Made by a program: the position numbers and the translations under genes
Shown: piece after piece, positions 1 through 15,500 of the stretch
Layout of the letters: each line of letters begins with the position of its first letter
Numbering within the stretch: the stretch's first letter is position 1
From: Eledone cirrhosa
Taxonomy: Eukaryota
Assembly: GCA_964016885.1 (NCBI GenBank)
Contig: OZ024745.1
Span: 47,430,001-47,494,000 of the forward strand
Direction of reading: 5' to 3'
Length of the DNA stretch: 64,000 bases
The notes under the pieces: model-generated
The model's input: the letters and a program-made list of their open reading frames with translations, nothing else
Databases searched by the model: none
Told to the model about the DNA's origin: nothing

Positions 1-364
<364 letters not shown>

Positions 365-365
365 C

Positions 366-2934
366 GGAATCCATGGAGGCTATGGGTTCGGTACTAGAAA
401 TGAGGAAGGCTCCAGAATCCTGGAATTCTGCGACGCAAATAACTTAACTATCTGTAACACTAACTTCAAAAAACGAGACAATCACTTGATCACCTATAGA
501 TCGGGGGAACATACCAGCCAGGTAGATTATATCCTTACCAGAAGACGTGACAGAGTGTCTGTTGTTAATACTAAATCCCTCCCCCATGAAGAATTCACCT
601 CCCAACATAGACTGATAATTAGCGACCTCATAGTCAGGACGAGACGTACTAGACAGCGGAGGAGGACTATCCTCAGGAGAAAAATATGGAAGCTAAAGGA
701 CCCCATAGCCAGAAATAAATTTAAAAGCATATTACTTGACGCTTTCGACAGTAAGGAAGAGCAATTAGAGTCGTATAATATAGAGGAACAGTGGGAATTC
801 CTGAGAGCAAACCTGTTGACGGCGGCAGACGAAGTCTGTGGCTGGAGCAGGCCTGTAGGTGGGAGGAGAGTAACATGGTGGTGGAACAGTAAGGTGGAGG
901 AGTCAATTAAAGCCAAAAAGCAGGCTTGGAAAGTATGGCGGGATGGGGGAAGTAGAGAAGACTATCAAGTGGCCAGGAGGGAAGCTAGGAGACAAGTGTA
1001 CTTCGCAAGAAGGAAAGCAGAGGAAAGAAAGTTCAAGCATGTTCTACAACGTGAGGACCAAAAACGTGAGGTGTTCAGGATTGCCAGGCAATGTGTCAAG
1101 GAAAACCGTGATATTGTCGGGGAGAAGTGTGTACTTAACGATGATGGCATACTTGCCATCACTGACGCTGATAAGAGGTAGCTTGGAAGTGTCACTACGA
1201 AAGGCTTCTAAATGAGGAGAATAAATGGGAGAAAGACAGTCTCCCCCACATCGACCCAATAGAGGGACCAGCAGTGTTAGTCCAGGGTAGTACAATAAGC
1301 AAGGCAATCAAAGATATGAAGACGGGTAAGGCGGCTGGTCCTACGGAAATAGTTGCTGAGATGCTGAAGGCATCTGGTTCGGTGGGACACACCATGGTCA
1401 CCCGGATAGTTAACCAAGTCGTACAGAATGGGGTTATTCCGAAGGACTGGCGTAGCAGCATCATCGTTAACTGCTATAAGGGAAAAGGAGATGCCCTAGA
1501 TAGGAGTAACTATAGAGGCATTAAATTAATCGACCAGGTCATGAAGGTCACGGAAAAAGTAATAGCGCAACTAATCAGAGAGAGAATTGATCTAGATGAA
1601 ATGCAGTTCGGGTTTGTGTCAGGCAAAAGTACCACAGACGCTCTTTTCATCGTACGACAACTACAGGAGAAGTACCTAGCTAAAAGTAAACCCCTATACT
1701 TAGCTTTCGTCGACTTGGAGAAAGCCTTCGACAGAGTCCCCCGTTCCATTATCTGGTGGTCTCTTAGAAAACTAGGTGTTGACGAATGGCTTGTGAGAGC
1801 TATACAAGCCATGTATAAAGAAACAGTCAGTAAGGTTAGAATTAACAACGAATATAGTGAAGAGTTTAGCGTAAAAGTTGGTGTCCATCAGGGCTCTGTT
1901 CTTAGCCCCCTACTATTTATTATTGCCCTTCAGGCTATAACAGAGGAGTTCAAGACCGGCTGCCCATGGGAACTCCTATACGCAGATGATCTAACGCTCA
2001 TAGCTGAATCAATGACCGAACTAGAGAAGAAATTCCAAACATGGAAGCACGGCCTAGAATCAAAAGGCCTTAAAATTAACCTGGCTAAGACTAAAGTTCT
2101 AGTTTGTAGGAAAGATAATAAGGCGGTGGTCCCTTCTGGGAAATGGCCATGCTCAGTGTGTAGGAAAGGCGTAGGTAGAAACTCCATTTTATGTCCCAAA
2201 TGCAAAGTATGGGTGCATAAAAGATGTAGTGGGATCACAGGTAAGCTAACTAAGAACATAGATTTTACATGTGGCCGGTGCTCTGGTGCAATAAGTAGCA
2301 GCAAGTGCCCACAAAATACTAGCTCCTTCAACTGCGCAGAGGGTTCTATAGAAATAGTGGACAGCTTCCGTTACCTGGGTGACAAAATCAGCAGTGGGGG
2401 AGGGTGCTCTGAAAGTACAGTAGCTAGAGTCAGAACTGGATGGAAAAAGTTCAGAGAGCTTATACCACTATTAGCCGCTAGAGGGTTCTCCATAAAAATG
2501 AAAGGCAGGTTATACGATGCCTGCATACGAACAGCAATGCTGCATGGCAGTGAGACCTGGGCATTGTGTGCAGAGGATATACGCAGACTAGAGAGGAACG
2601 AAGCTTGCATGCTCCGCTGGATGTGCAATAGTAATATACGTGAACGGCAAAGCATAAACGAACTAAGGAAAAAATTAGAAATAAGAGGGATCAGATGTTG
2701 TTTACTCAAGAGAAGGCTACGTTGGTACGGTCACGTGATGCGCATGAAAGACGACAGCTGTATAACAAAGTGCAGGGCAATAAAGATAGACGGTAGCCAC
2801 TGAGTAGGCAGACCCAGAAAAACCTGGGACGACATGATAAATTCCGACCTCACACGCTTACACCTCTCCAAGACAATGTCACTGGACAAGACCTTTGGCG
2901 GTACTCAGTAATAGAGAAGACCCGCCTTACCTAA
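366..2934 (+). pseudogene. RTE APE-RT polyprotein, disrupted
   Basis: ORFs 486..1181 and 1274..2803 join by a frameshift near 1178. In-frame TGA at 2801 where the copy at 47.37 kb has GGA. Further frameshift near 2890. Confidence 0.9.
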
Positions 2935-3102
2935 ATACAAAGTAAAAACCTACTACAGTCAGTAGGCATCTCTATCAAAACACACCCCCGTCCCACCACC
3001 TCCACCCCATCCACACCGCCCCTTTCAATGTAAAGTTATGTTGGTCCCACAACATCCAGGCCGAAACAAATGAGATCGTGTAGGTGTCACAACAAAAAAA
3101 CA

Positions 3103-3335
3103 CACAGTCCACGCTGTAAATGTGGCCGTGTAGGCAACACGGTAAAAACCTCCCAGCCCCACACTGTAAATGTGGTTGGTGTTAGGAAGGGCATCCAGCT
3201 GTAGAAAACCCGCCAGACAGTCCACGCTGTAATGTGGCCATGTAGGCAACACGGTAAAAACCTCCCAGCCCCACACTGTAAATGTGGTTGGTGTTAGGAA
3301 GGGCATCCAGCTGTAGAAAACCCGCCAGACAGTCC
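3103..3335 (+). repeat. ~112 bp tandem duplication in the RTE 3' UTR
   Basis: taggcaacacggtaaaaacctcccagcccc...cccgccagacagtcc occurs at ~3131 and ~3243. Confidence 0.85.
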
Positions 3336-3483
3336 TATGCGAGCAAGACAACCACTCTTGCCTCAAGTGGGAAAACCCCCGTCCAAACCCATGCAAGCGT
3401 GGAACACGGACGCTAAACCCGATGATGATGATGATACATATATATATATACATATATATATATACATATATATATATATACAC

Positions 3484-3516
<33 letters not shown>

Positions 3517-3539
3517 CATATATATATACATATATATAT

Positions 3540-3593
<54 letters not shown>

Positions 3594-3825
3594 GTATATA
3601 TATTGTTATACTTGGGGAGGGTCATATTTGTGTAATATTGCCAGAATTAATAACAGAACACACTCACTGTTTGGTTGGTTTTCGCTTTTCGCTTCTGTGT
3701 CTTTTATATCGGTAATCTAATTTATTCGGTCCTCAATGTTGCCATTGTATATATATATATATACATATATATACATATATATGTATATATATATACATAT
3801 ATATACATATATATATATATACATG

Positions 3826-3885
<60 letters not shown>

Positions 3886-3906
3886 TACATATGTATATCT
3901 ATATAT

Positions 3907-3972
<66 letters not shown>

Positions 3973-4207
3973 ATACATACACATATATATATATACATGC
4001 ATTTGTGTGTGTTTTCATGTGTGTTTATACCCATGTGTATATTGACAGATACATTTAATTAATTCTTATACAAAGCTGTTTCATAATTCATGTAGATGTT
4101 AAGAAATTCACACCCTTAATTTTGTTTCACTAATATTTTAGATTTAGTTATCATCTTTAGTATATTACACAAACTAATGCTGTGATAATCATATTTATAT
4201 TTATATA

Positions 4208-4537
4208 GGCACATGGCTTAGTGGTTAGAGCATTGAGCTTGCAATCGAAAGGTTGTGAGTTTAATTCTCAGACCGGGTGATGTATTGTTTCCTTGAGCAA
4301 GACACTTTATTTCACATTGCTCCAGTTTACTCAGCTGTAGAAATGAGATGATAGGACTGGGGTCCATATCATTCCACTGCAAAGTAGTCGTGGAGGTGCC
4401 ACAGCAAAAAAGCACCCTGCACTCACTGTAAATGTGGTTGGTGTTAGGAAGGGCATCCGGCGGTAGAAATCAAGCCAGATTCAGTTCCCGTCCCACCCTT
4501 GCAAGCAGGGAAAAGCAGACGTAAAATGATGATGATA
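4208..4537 (+). mobile_element. tRNA-derived CORE-type SINE with RTE-derived 3' tail
   Basis: A box TGGCTTAGTGG, B-box-like GAGTTTAATTC, CORE-like ccttgagcaagacacttt, RTE-like tail ending (GAT)n; six near-identical copies in the window. Confidence 0.85.
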
Positions 4538-4764
4538 ATCTATTTACATAGATGACAAATATTTATATTTAAACCAATATAATCACATTAGGTTGGTTTG
4601 TTACATTTTAATACAATCATTCAGTATGTAAAATGCTCTTAGTTTTCATCATTTAGTTTTGACATTCGTTTGAAGGCTATTTACCACCTAATTATATAAG
4701 AAAATATATGCAGTATATTATCAATGTAATATGAGGAATTAATAATGGTAAAGGTTATATGGAA

Positions 4765-5110
4765 AGGGCATACTGGTTTCAATGTTGAGTGTTCCAGTTG
4801 TTTAATCAAAGGCAATGCCTGCTCATGAAATTAATAGGGAATTGGCTGAGCATGCCATTGGCATGTGTGCTCCTAATGGAATTCCCAGGGAGGTTCAGCT
4901 TGACACAATATCTGACAAAGCTGCTCCTTTGTATTAGAGATATAGTCTGTCTGGTAGTCTTCCAAACAGTTTTCATTTGTCCACTTTCACTCATAAGGCT
5001 TGGGTTGACACATGACTGTTGTAAATGACACTTATACAAAATACTACACTGGGATTAAACTCAGAATCCTATAATTGAGAAGCAAATTTCTTAACCATTT
5101 GGCCATGCTA
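4765..5110 (-). mobile_element. Old degenerate SINE-like element
   Basis: Decayed tRNA-like head near 5050-5110 on the minus strand with a GC-richer body; recognised from memory only. Confidence 0.4.
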
Positions 5111-8100
5111 TGTTTTCTATATACAGCTTTTTCTTGGTGTTAGATTGGCAGATGATGCATTCTTAATCTTGCAGATCCTTGTTACTAGGTTAGAGCAAGA
5201 GCTGGGTGTATCAAAAACTTACAAGTCCATCTTCAAGATAAAAGGTTTCTGTAGTGATCTGCTTCATTTCATAAGCAAAAAACTTCATGCAAATGTTTTC
5301 TCAATTTTGAGATATTGGTTTTTGATCTTCTGGGTTCTAATTGTCTATCTGGTCACTGAACAGGTGAACTCTTCTTGCCCCAAAATATTTAAATGAATGA
5401 AGAGGCACATTATGTTTAATTGATATAAACTGATCATTTTAACTCTTTCATGACCATGACACTTCATTTTTATTTTTATTAATTTTGAAAATAATCAAGG
5501 ATTTGGAGTGGTTTAGTAAAATAACTAACATTTTTATTATTAAGTTGGTTTTTAGAATATAAAAACAAAAGGTTCTTACATAAAATTATGATGGAAGGTT
5601 TTAATTTTAATTGAGACATTTTATATCATATAACCAAGATTGGTCTTGGGCTGTTTGTTATCAAATATAAAATATTGTTTCACAAAACACAGAAATTCCC
5701 TTTGTTGCAGATAGATAGGATATCTATACCTTCACAGAGATTATTGTGGGAAATATTTGTAGTTATCATTTATGTGACAATTTCACTTCTTTGAAACAAT
5801 GCACATCCATCCATTTGATTACCAGTCATATTTGCCATCAAGTAAGAGCCAATATATAGGTATAACTAAGAGTGTCATTTGCCTTAACTAGAATCTAAAC
5901 GAAACCTGTGCTATTCATGGACTTAAGCAAACACAAACCATAATCCTGCAGTCAACCCACCCACCAAACACATGCTGCACAAAAATCATAAAAAATCAAA
6001 TTCAAATACATCCTTCAAAACCATACTCCAGTTTTCCCAGTAAAGTAACAATCAACCAGCTCCAGTAACTGGTATGGAGACAACAGACATCATCAGGCTG
6101 CTGCTGTTGTTTTATGTAGTTTTTATATTACTCTATATAGTGTGAGACATTGTTGATTAACAAATACACCTGGGTACATGCACATGCACACACAAATGGT
6201 TTTCTCTGTAAGAAAATAAAAGAATGTTTCAGTAAATCTAGCATGATAAGTATATTTAGTCTCGTCTTGCTGGTTGTTGATACAATAAATAGCAATTTTG
6301 ATAGCTAATATTTTCATTGTAAAGTAATATTAAACACAAGCCCTGAGTTGTGAACCAGTAAAGAATAATAAACCTACCGTTGAGTGCAAGAAAGATGAAA
6401 TTATAGAATGGGCTGATTAAATCAATGACTTATATTTTAAGGTCCTTATTGTATCTCCTGCAGAGAATAATTCCTATTGTTTCTCGTTTACCCTGCTCCA
6501 TTACTATTGTTCAATAATTACACTTCAAATGTCTAATTAAAATGTTTTATACATTCATTTTCAGAACTTCACTTGGTTTTTATGAAAATGTAACCAATAT
6601 GAGTGTTATTTACAAAATTATATTTAAAAATTATATTTAAAATTGATATTAAATGCTACAATACTGCAAGAAATAATGCTAGAATTTATTCATTTTTGTG
6701 TTGTGTGTGCTAATGAAAATGTAGTTTTGGTGTGTTATTTCATTGGCAAGTCTTTGAGAAACTGTGTAATATTCACATTATATAAGCTTGATATCATGTC
6801 AGCGTGAAAATAATATAAAAGGCATCTAATACCATAAAGAGAATTAATTCAGTTCTTGATTATTCTTTATAATTCACTCTATTTACTTTTCTAAAATTGA
6901 CTCATTTAAACAATTTAGTTAAGGGTTTGTTATTTACAGCCTAATGAATTGCAATGTATCAAATTTTATGTCTTTTAGTCTAAGAATATTAACATGTTTC
7001 ATTATTGTAATTAGAATAGATGTTTGTGTATGTTATTCTGCAGACATTCAGGCTGAGAACCCTGTAAGATACTATTTTATAGTACGGTTAAGCTAAATTT
7101 TATTTTCAACTAATAATTTACTTTATATGTCAAACAAAAATGAAATATCTAAATCTTTGGAAACATAATTCCTTTCACTTTTTTTACCTAAGGAAAATTG
7201 TATGCCTTCTTTTGAATGTGAATTTTTTTCGTACCTTTTATCTAGCATATTTCTTCTGATAATCTAAGGAGAAATTCTTTTACATCTTCATTTCCAGGAA
7301 GAGTTTTCTCCCATATTTGTTGGGGAGGAGGGAGGAGAAAATTATTTTTTACTTACAGTTACTTTGAAATATTACACATTACTACTATTCATGCTTGAAT
7401 TCTTTGTTTTATGAATCCATCTCTCATTAAGTCCTTTTTGACTAAGAGAGGAAGTAAGCGCTTCTTTGAAAATTATATTGCATAACATTGATGTTTTTAA
7501 CAATCAATGGAAAGGTAGGTTGTGCAGTAATTACCAAGATTTGATGTTTTTTTCCCCATTTACATATTTTCTCTCCCACTTGACTTTTCAAAAGATTATT
7601 ACCAAATAAAAGGGAAATTCAAAGGATTTTCAATCCAAGAAATTTATGAATGCCTTGCTGTCACTTTAGTGTTTTCATCACCATTCACTATTGCACTGAC
7701 ACTCTAAACAAGTTTGCAATATAACTAATAAAAGAAAAGACAGTTGCTGTATGAATGAAATGTGTGTGTCTATGTATGTAATGTAAGCATGTTTGTATGT
7801 CAGAGCATATATATGTGTGAGCAAGACAAGTTCATATGTATGAGCAGGCATATAAATGTGTGTCCATTTGCATGCATTCTGAATGAGACAATGGACCAGG
7901 GGTAGATTTCAGAATCTTTGTGCAACATGGTGCCTGATTTCGAGTTTTGTCTCTTAATTTACTAACAAGCATTTTTATATGCTACAAATATGTTGGAAGA
8001 TTCAGAAGAAGAAAATATACAAAGATTTTGAGTCCTCTTCTGTCAAGAGCCATGGTGGGACTGTAGGTGATTACTCAGTCTAATTTGAATGACATCATTG

Positions 8101-8174
8101 CATGTAAATGTTCACTTGCAGGCACTAATATTCACTAATGATGAGTGGCTGATAGCTAGGTACGGTACAGTTAT

Positions 8175-8219
<45 letters not shown>

Positions 8220-8280
8220 AGCACAGATTAAAAGTTTAAGCAAACAATTTCTGGTTTCACCCTAAAGTGGGATCTTTTGG

Positions 8281-8334
<54 letters not shown>

Positions 8335-9149
8335 TTACATATATATTGCATATATGTATATGTATATATGTATGTATGTCTGTGTGCTTGTCTATAAAAA
8401 AATGGTTGCTACAATGCAGATAATTATAATAATGGTTGAATAAATTGGGTAAAGTACCCTTGGAGATGGAAATAAGTAGACAGAGATGCCTGTGTGTAAT
8501 CGAACACCCGCATCTCACAGATGCCAGGCAAGCATGTTTAACCACTACACCAAAGGGCCCTGGCCACTAATTACCATCATATATTTATATATATATATAT
8601 ATATTATATTATATGTATATACAATATATACTATATGTGTATGTATGTATATAAGTATGTATGTATATAATCCCTTCTTTCGATATTGTTTGATACATGT
8701 ATTTCTGACTTGACGTATGTACGAAGTAAGTACGTCTTCTACGTATGTACGATGTAAATACGTCTAGTACGTATGTATGATGTAAGTATGTTGTACTTAA
8801 TGAAGCATGTATCTGTGTGTGAAACAGCAATCATTATTTCTGTTTGCAACAGCCAAATCTCCATTTTATTCCAGAACTACTGGTGGAACATAGCGCTTCC
8901 GCTGCTCACTCAGCCTGTGAGTTTACTTTCTGCCTTCTGCTTGACTATATTACACTGTCTGTCTTCAGTTGACTTATATTGTAGGTTCACTCTTATCATG
9001 CACCAGGCTGACAGTGCTCTTTCACTCACTCACTCACTCACCTCACTCACTCTTTCACTCACTCACTCTCTCTCTTTCTCTTTCTCTCACTCACATACTT
9101 GGATGTTATATCGTTATGTTTAGTTTGCACTTTAGTTTCCAGCCAGTAC

Positions 9150-9203
<54 letters not shown>

Positions 9204-10277
9204 ATTTCTTCTTATTCTTCTTATTATGTAGTGGTCAGACTCTGTCAGTTTCTATAAAACTGATGTTTGCTGGCAGCCCAGTTCTATAAATGGATAGAAA
9301 TAGGTAGATCACAAGTATGTGTATATATGTGTGTGTGTGTATGTATGCGCCTTAGTACGTATGTGTTAGTGTATGTATACTTGGACTTATACATGTGAAC
9401 ACGCACACATACCTACACACATATACATATATGCAGATATACACATATATGCATGTGTGTGTATGTGTATTTAAAGTTGAACTAAGTATTGTTTAACTTC
9501 CTGATTTATCCCATTTCTACTTCAAATCTAATTTTTTTTTTGTTTTAAATTTATTTATTCGCAGAATTCTCAAATGTAAATGCAACAGTGAATTTAGCTC
9601 TTGCGAATCCATGGCTTCTGATTAACTTGCTTTCTTGTTGTTGAGCTTCTTGTTCAATTTCCTAGTCTGAGAACTGTTGCTCTTGTTAAAGATGTTTGAT
9701 AATTGTGCCACTAAAGTAAAAATAACGCTCAATAATTTGTCACAGCAAGAAACAGATGGTACAGAAGATGCTCTTCAAAGTATTTGTGGTGAATTTCTGT
9801 TCAACTATAGCATTTCAGACTAGTTGGAGAAATTTAAATGAAAGAGTAAGGGAATAAGTCCTACGCCAAGAAAAATTCATGGAACATTTAACACTTTTGT
9901 AACCATATTTCTAATGAAAAACATTGCCTAAAATTTTCAAATCATTTTGACAATAATCAAAAATTTAGAGGATTTCAATAATATAGCTAACTTTCTTATT
10001 ATAAAGTTGGCGTTTGTAACAAAACTTAACAAAAATCTTACATAAAATTATGATGGACAGTTTTTAGATAAATATAAACAGTTTTGTATCATAAACCCAG
10101 GGGTGGTTGTAGGTGGTTTGGAATCAGTTTAGTTTCTTAACACTACCTGATAAAAATGTACTAAACATTTTAGGTGTACTATACTACATATTAATTTATG
10201 CCATGAAATATGGAAAAAAAAATTTCTCAAAAGAAAATTATGCCAAAGTAGAGAATGTTAGCCTATCTCCTTTACCA

Positions 10278-10330
<53 letters not shown>

Positions 10331-12557
10331 TATGTATATTGGATTATAGTTTTTGGTTATCTTAAGTCAAATTTAGTCCAACAAAAAGTCAGTTAGGAAA
10401 TAATGCCAGCTTGTGACTTTTCATCTGAACTATATTTCTATATAATTCATATTTTTATTTTGATTATATTTACAAATCAACATCTCATGGGCTATATAAT
10501 GTTACATATAATATTTTTATATTATTTCAATTTTTGTTTTACAGCTTGTCATTTGCAAATTTTTCTTTTTAATTTATTTGTAAAACTGTACAAGAACAGA
10601 AACCTGTGTGCCTCCTTCCTAAATACCCATAGCCACATATATTCAAACACAAGCAATAACCCTCCTAATTATTGAGTTTATTTTGTTGTGACAACATCAT
10701 TTCTTTTTTCATTGGTTATTTTCTTTTTTTTCCTTTTTATAAGAAGCCTTTTTACTATTTGGAAAGACCTGCATCTTTTTTTTTATGATTTTATTTCATT
10801 ATATTTCAGTTTTTGTATTTAAAGAAAGAATATAAAGAAAGATTATGAAGAAATGTATTTGTTGTTTATGATATAGTGCTATATCATTTTCTGGTACTTA
10901 GGCAGATGAAATAATTTTATTGTTCTTCTTAATATATTTCCTTAACATAATGCATTCAATAGTTTGTGCAAGGGAAAAATATGTTCTAAAAAATACATTA
11001 AATTTATTTCTGTTAGTGCTGGTTATTTAAAATCATATATATTGTTGTAACATGGATAAATTGTAGGGAAACAGCATATATATGTTATCAACATAAAACA
11101 GTTATTATAACTAACTAACATAATGAATTAATGAGTCTTAGAATGCAGAATAAAAATCTTTGTGATATTGTTTCTAACTCCTTGCACTCACGAGTTCAAA
11201 TCCAATGAAGATTAACTTTGTTTTTCATCCTTTTGGGGTCCATAAAATAAAGCATAAAACCAAAGTGGTGGATTGGCAGAAATGTTAAAATGTCAGATAA
11301 TTCTTTGTGGTAATATGCTCTGGCTCTTTGCATTCTGAATTCTTAGGTGGTAGTCTTAATCTGTCACCTGATTTAACACTACGACATGGTTCTTAGGTAC
11401 CATTAGCAATTTATTCTGTTATAAGCATTTGGGGCAGATCTTCAGTTTGAGGACATCTTCCTCCCTTCTTTTCTCCAGTCTCAGAGGTCCTGAAAAATAA
11501 AGGACTATGGGTACTGTCCTTCCTTTACTGACTAAACAGTAAAACAAGTTGTAATGCATAAATGTTGACAAAATAATATTTAGTTGAAATGAATGATAGT
11601 TAACTACTGACAAAATAGGTTTTTATCATAAACATATGAATACAATTATCTTTAAAATTTTATCTGTAAGAAAAAATTTTTAAAGAATTTAATTGAAAAT
11701 TTAATGAAAATCTGAGTAAAATTTTAAAAGGGGATATTAGAAATGTAATATTATTATTAAGAAACATATGTTCCTAAAAATATTATTCAACTATATATTT
11801 GCATATGACAGTCAATATAAACTAAAACAATAATTTTCTTTCGTCATATAATTTTCTTTCTTCTTCCTCAAAATCTAAATCGTCTGTGAAGGGCGTGAGA
11901 GAAAGAGGTGTAAAGTTTGCCAGTTCTTTTGCCAATTAATTTTTTTACCATAGTTCTAATGAAATACACTATCTGTGTGTTAAAATGCATTTTTAAAATA
12001 AGGAAGAATTTGGAAGAATTTAGTAAAATAAATGAACTTCATTATTAAGATGGTGTTAAGATTATATCTTGAGAGATGCTCTTGCTTAAAATTATGATGG
12101 AAGGTTTTAATTTAAATACAGACAGTTTATTACAAAATGCTTTGTATTACATAACTATAGGTGATTGTGAGTGGGTTGGTATAAAAAGAGTTAAATATAT
12201 TGTTGCAACTTACATTATCAAAGAATATCAGACCAATTTCTTAGGTGGATTGAGATTGTACCATGTATATCTTTTTCTTTAAAAATAGTGATTTAAATGA
12301 AGTGAAATAACCAAAATTAATAACTATTATAATGATATTAACATTTTAAATTCATATTAGCCTTTAAAAGATTTCCATGTAAAAGCTGTATACATGTGTG
12401 TGTGTGTGTACAGAAATAATCTGATGCCAATAAGTCCTCCATAAACAAGATTAAACAGGAAATTAATGCATGCTTTCTTCAGGTTCTTTCTTCAAGTTCT
12501 TTCTTCAATATTTCTTTACATCTCTTAGTTTTTATCTTCTTCATTTCATTATTATTA

Positions 12558-12595
<38 letters not shown>

Positions 12596-15500
12596 TTGTT
12601 TGTATGCATTTATAAACATAACAAGGTATATGTGGAGTCAAAGCTAGAAATAATCTGCTATATTTGTCATCATGCAACACCCCCATGTCCTTTTGGTCAT
12701 TGGTGAATGCTTCTTTAAGATGGGTTTGATATGAAATGCAATGATGCACAACAAGCCTTTGCCAGAGGCTGTAATCAATATCAATAGTATCCAGGTCTAA
12801 TGACCAAGTGAATCAATACAATACTATTGTCTAAGAATAAACATTGGAACAGCTTCTCAATGCATTCTTCATCTTTATGTAAAGAACTCTTTTCATCATA
12901 TCTAATCATGGGTTTGCACTTGGAAAGTTTCTCTCCAAAGCTCAAGCCTGAGCAATAAGTTGCTCATGCATCTTCTTTCCATGCTATTGTTCACTGATAT
13001 AGCTTGACACTAATGTCATTACAATTTATTTTTTTCCAACTGAATGGACTGGAACAGCATGAAATAAAGTGTCTTGCTCAAGGACACAATGCATTGCCCA
13101 GTCTGGGATGCAAACTTGCAGCTTTACAATCATGAGCCCTACAGTAGAGCATCAGACTAAATGCTTTGCAATATTTAGTTTCCACTTTTTCCATTCCGGG
13201 TTCAATTCCTTCCATGGTCAATTCTGCCTTTCATCTTTCTGGGGTTGATAAAATAAAGTACTAGTTAAGTACCGGGACTAATATGATCGACTATTTCCTT
13301 CCCTCAAATTCCTGGCTTTGTGCCAATGCTAGAAAGAATAATTAAAGGAGTAGAACTTAATAAAGCTTCTTGCATGAAATTATAATTGAATCTTTTTAGA
13401 TTAATATAAACAGCTTTTTATCATAGAAGCAGGAAAAGTTTTGGATGGCTTGGTATAAAAAAGTGAATACATTTAGAGCAGTGGTTGCAAGCATAGCTCT
13501 ATCATTAAGACACTTGCTTTGTAATCATGTGATCAATGCCATTGTGTGAACATTTGTTTAAGTATCTTCTGGCATATCTATAAAATTTATGTTGAATCAA
13601 AAATACACAGTCGCACTATTAGGCCAAGGATTTCTGAAACTTTTTCATAGTCCCCTGGCTGAAGATCCTCCAGAATAATTCATTCAGTTAATCTTCATTG
13701 ACACTCAGTCTCCCCAAGAATGTCCCTCTTGTCTACAGCTAAACCTCTATAGAGCTGCTGGAAAATGCCCCACATACTTTCTCACCATACAGCAATTTCT
13801 GCAGGTACTGTAGCTTCAGAACATTCCTGTGTGTTACCACCAGCCATAGCATACTGAGCATCAACAATAGTGAGTGTTGCATCAACAATAGAGACCGTTT
13901 GATTAATAGAAATCGTCCCTTCTACTTGGTTAGATTGTAAATTGGAGCAAGCCATGATGACCAGGCAATAGTAAATAACAGATTCAATATGTGTGTATTT
14001 TCTTCTGTGCAACTTTTCAAGCATATCATTCTCACAGTCCATATCTAGAAGAGAATGGCAAAAAGGTACACTTTATCGAATCTAATACATACTCATTTTA
14101 TCAGTCCTGAGGATATGAAGGGCAAAGTTGAGCATGGCAGGATTTGAACTCAGAATATTGAGAGACAAAACTAAATAACTTGGTGTTTAGTTTACTATTA
14201 TTGCCATTCTGCATTATAACAACAACAATAACAAAAATAATTTCTTTATAAGTTACATAGGGTTCATATTAAGAAAACATTAAAGATGGTGCAGTGTGGG
14301 TTTTTTTGTGTAAAATAAAATTTATAACAAAGACTATGAAAATAAACATTTAAGAAATCAAACATAACAAATTCCTCAAGAGCAGGGTGACTCCACAGGC
14401 CCCTCGTGGATAAAGCCCACAAAAAGCCAGTTATTTTATCAGCATCCACCTCTTCTGGGAAGGATAATAATGATAATAATAATTTTGAAGTTCCTTATTG
14501 CAATGTGGAAAAGAGTAATTATGTAGGCTGACTCTGTAGAGTCAGAATTAAATCCACTCTTAGTTATCTTGACATGGTACGAAGCCCCTTTTCTGTAAAG
14601 AGAAATGGATGTATTTGATTGAGCTGATTCACATGGTACAAGTGTTAGTTCCATTTTATTATGGATTAATGGTAAAGTCAATTGTAATATAACCCAAACA
14701 AAAAGAATGTGAAATATAAGAGGTGCTAAATTTGTAGTCTAGGTCTCTACTGCCATTATTAAGAAACATATTAGTTGTTCTTTTAAGCACAATATCATTA
14801 TTAAAAGAATAATTTAAATTGATCACAATTTTCGGTATCTTATCAACGTTTTCAAATGTTTCTTTGATTTAAAAATTTTCAAAGTTTAAGTTTTAAAAAC
14901 TCATAAGTTGGTTACATAAATAAATAATTAAAGTTGGAAAATTAATTAATAAAATTTGATTTCTTGAAATTTCTCATAACAAGAGTAAGAGAGGCCAGTT
15001 TTAAATGAGTTCTCAGTTCAAATTAGTAGAGAATATATATTTTATTTACATTATTTAAACCTAACAAAGACAACTTTTTTCTCCCCTTACAAAGGTTTTC
15101 ACATGGTTGGTTGAGATACACTATTTAAGCTAACTTCATGACCAACTCTAGAAGGAGAGAAACAAAGTTTTCTTGTAAGGATTAAATAGTGTTAATAAAA
15201 TATATAAAATTTATATATTTATAAAGAAATTTAGTATTAGGAATTATTGTTTTCAAAGAGGGTGTTCTTTAAGATAGGAAAAAAAAAAAGCAAAAAATTT
15301 TCTAAAATTCCTAAAATATCTATTTAATAACATTGAAATTCATTAAGCCATTCACCTTCTAAACTGTGATCTTTACCCATTTCTGTCTAGAAGAACTGGC
15401 AATCTTATATTTTTATGACATCTTTTATTTGTAGATCCTATATGTCGTCTTGGCTGAATCTAGCAAATTTCTAAAATTGCTCTGTTTATCATAATTTCCC

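Noticed and set aside
4208-4280. tRNA gene
   Set aside because: tRNA-like head of a multi-copy SINE that continues into CORE and LINE-derived sequence
7044-7086. Possible small unc-80 exon (ctgcag|acattcaggctgagaaccct...)
   Set aside because: Ambiguous donor and no recognisable homology; similar acceptor-like sites at 9565 and 31503 also lack support
13600-14045. 86 aa minus-strand ORF in a GC-richer stretch
   Set aside because: No recognisable motif; may be decayed transposon sequence but I cannot support a call
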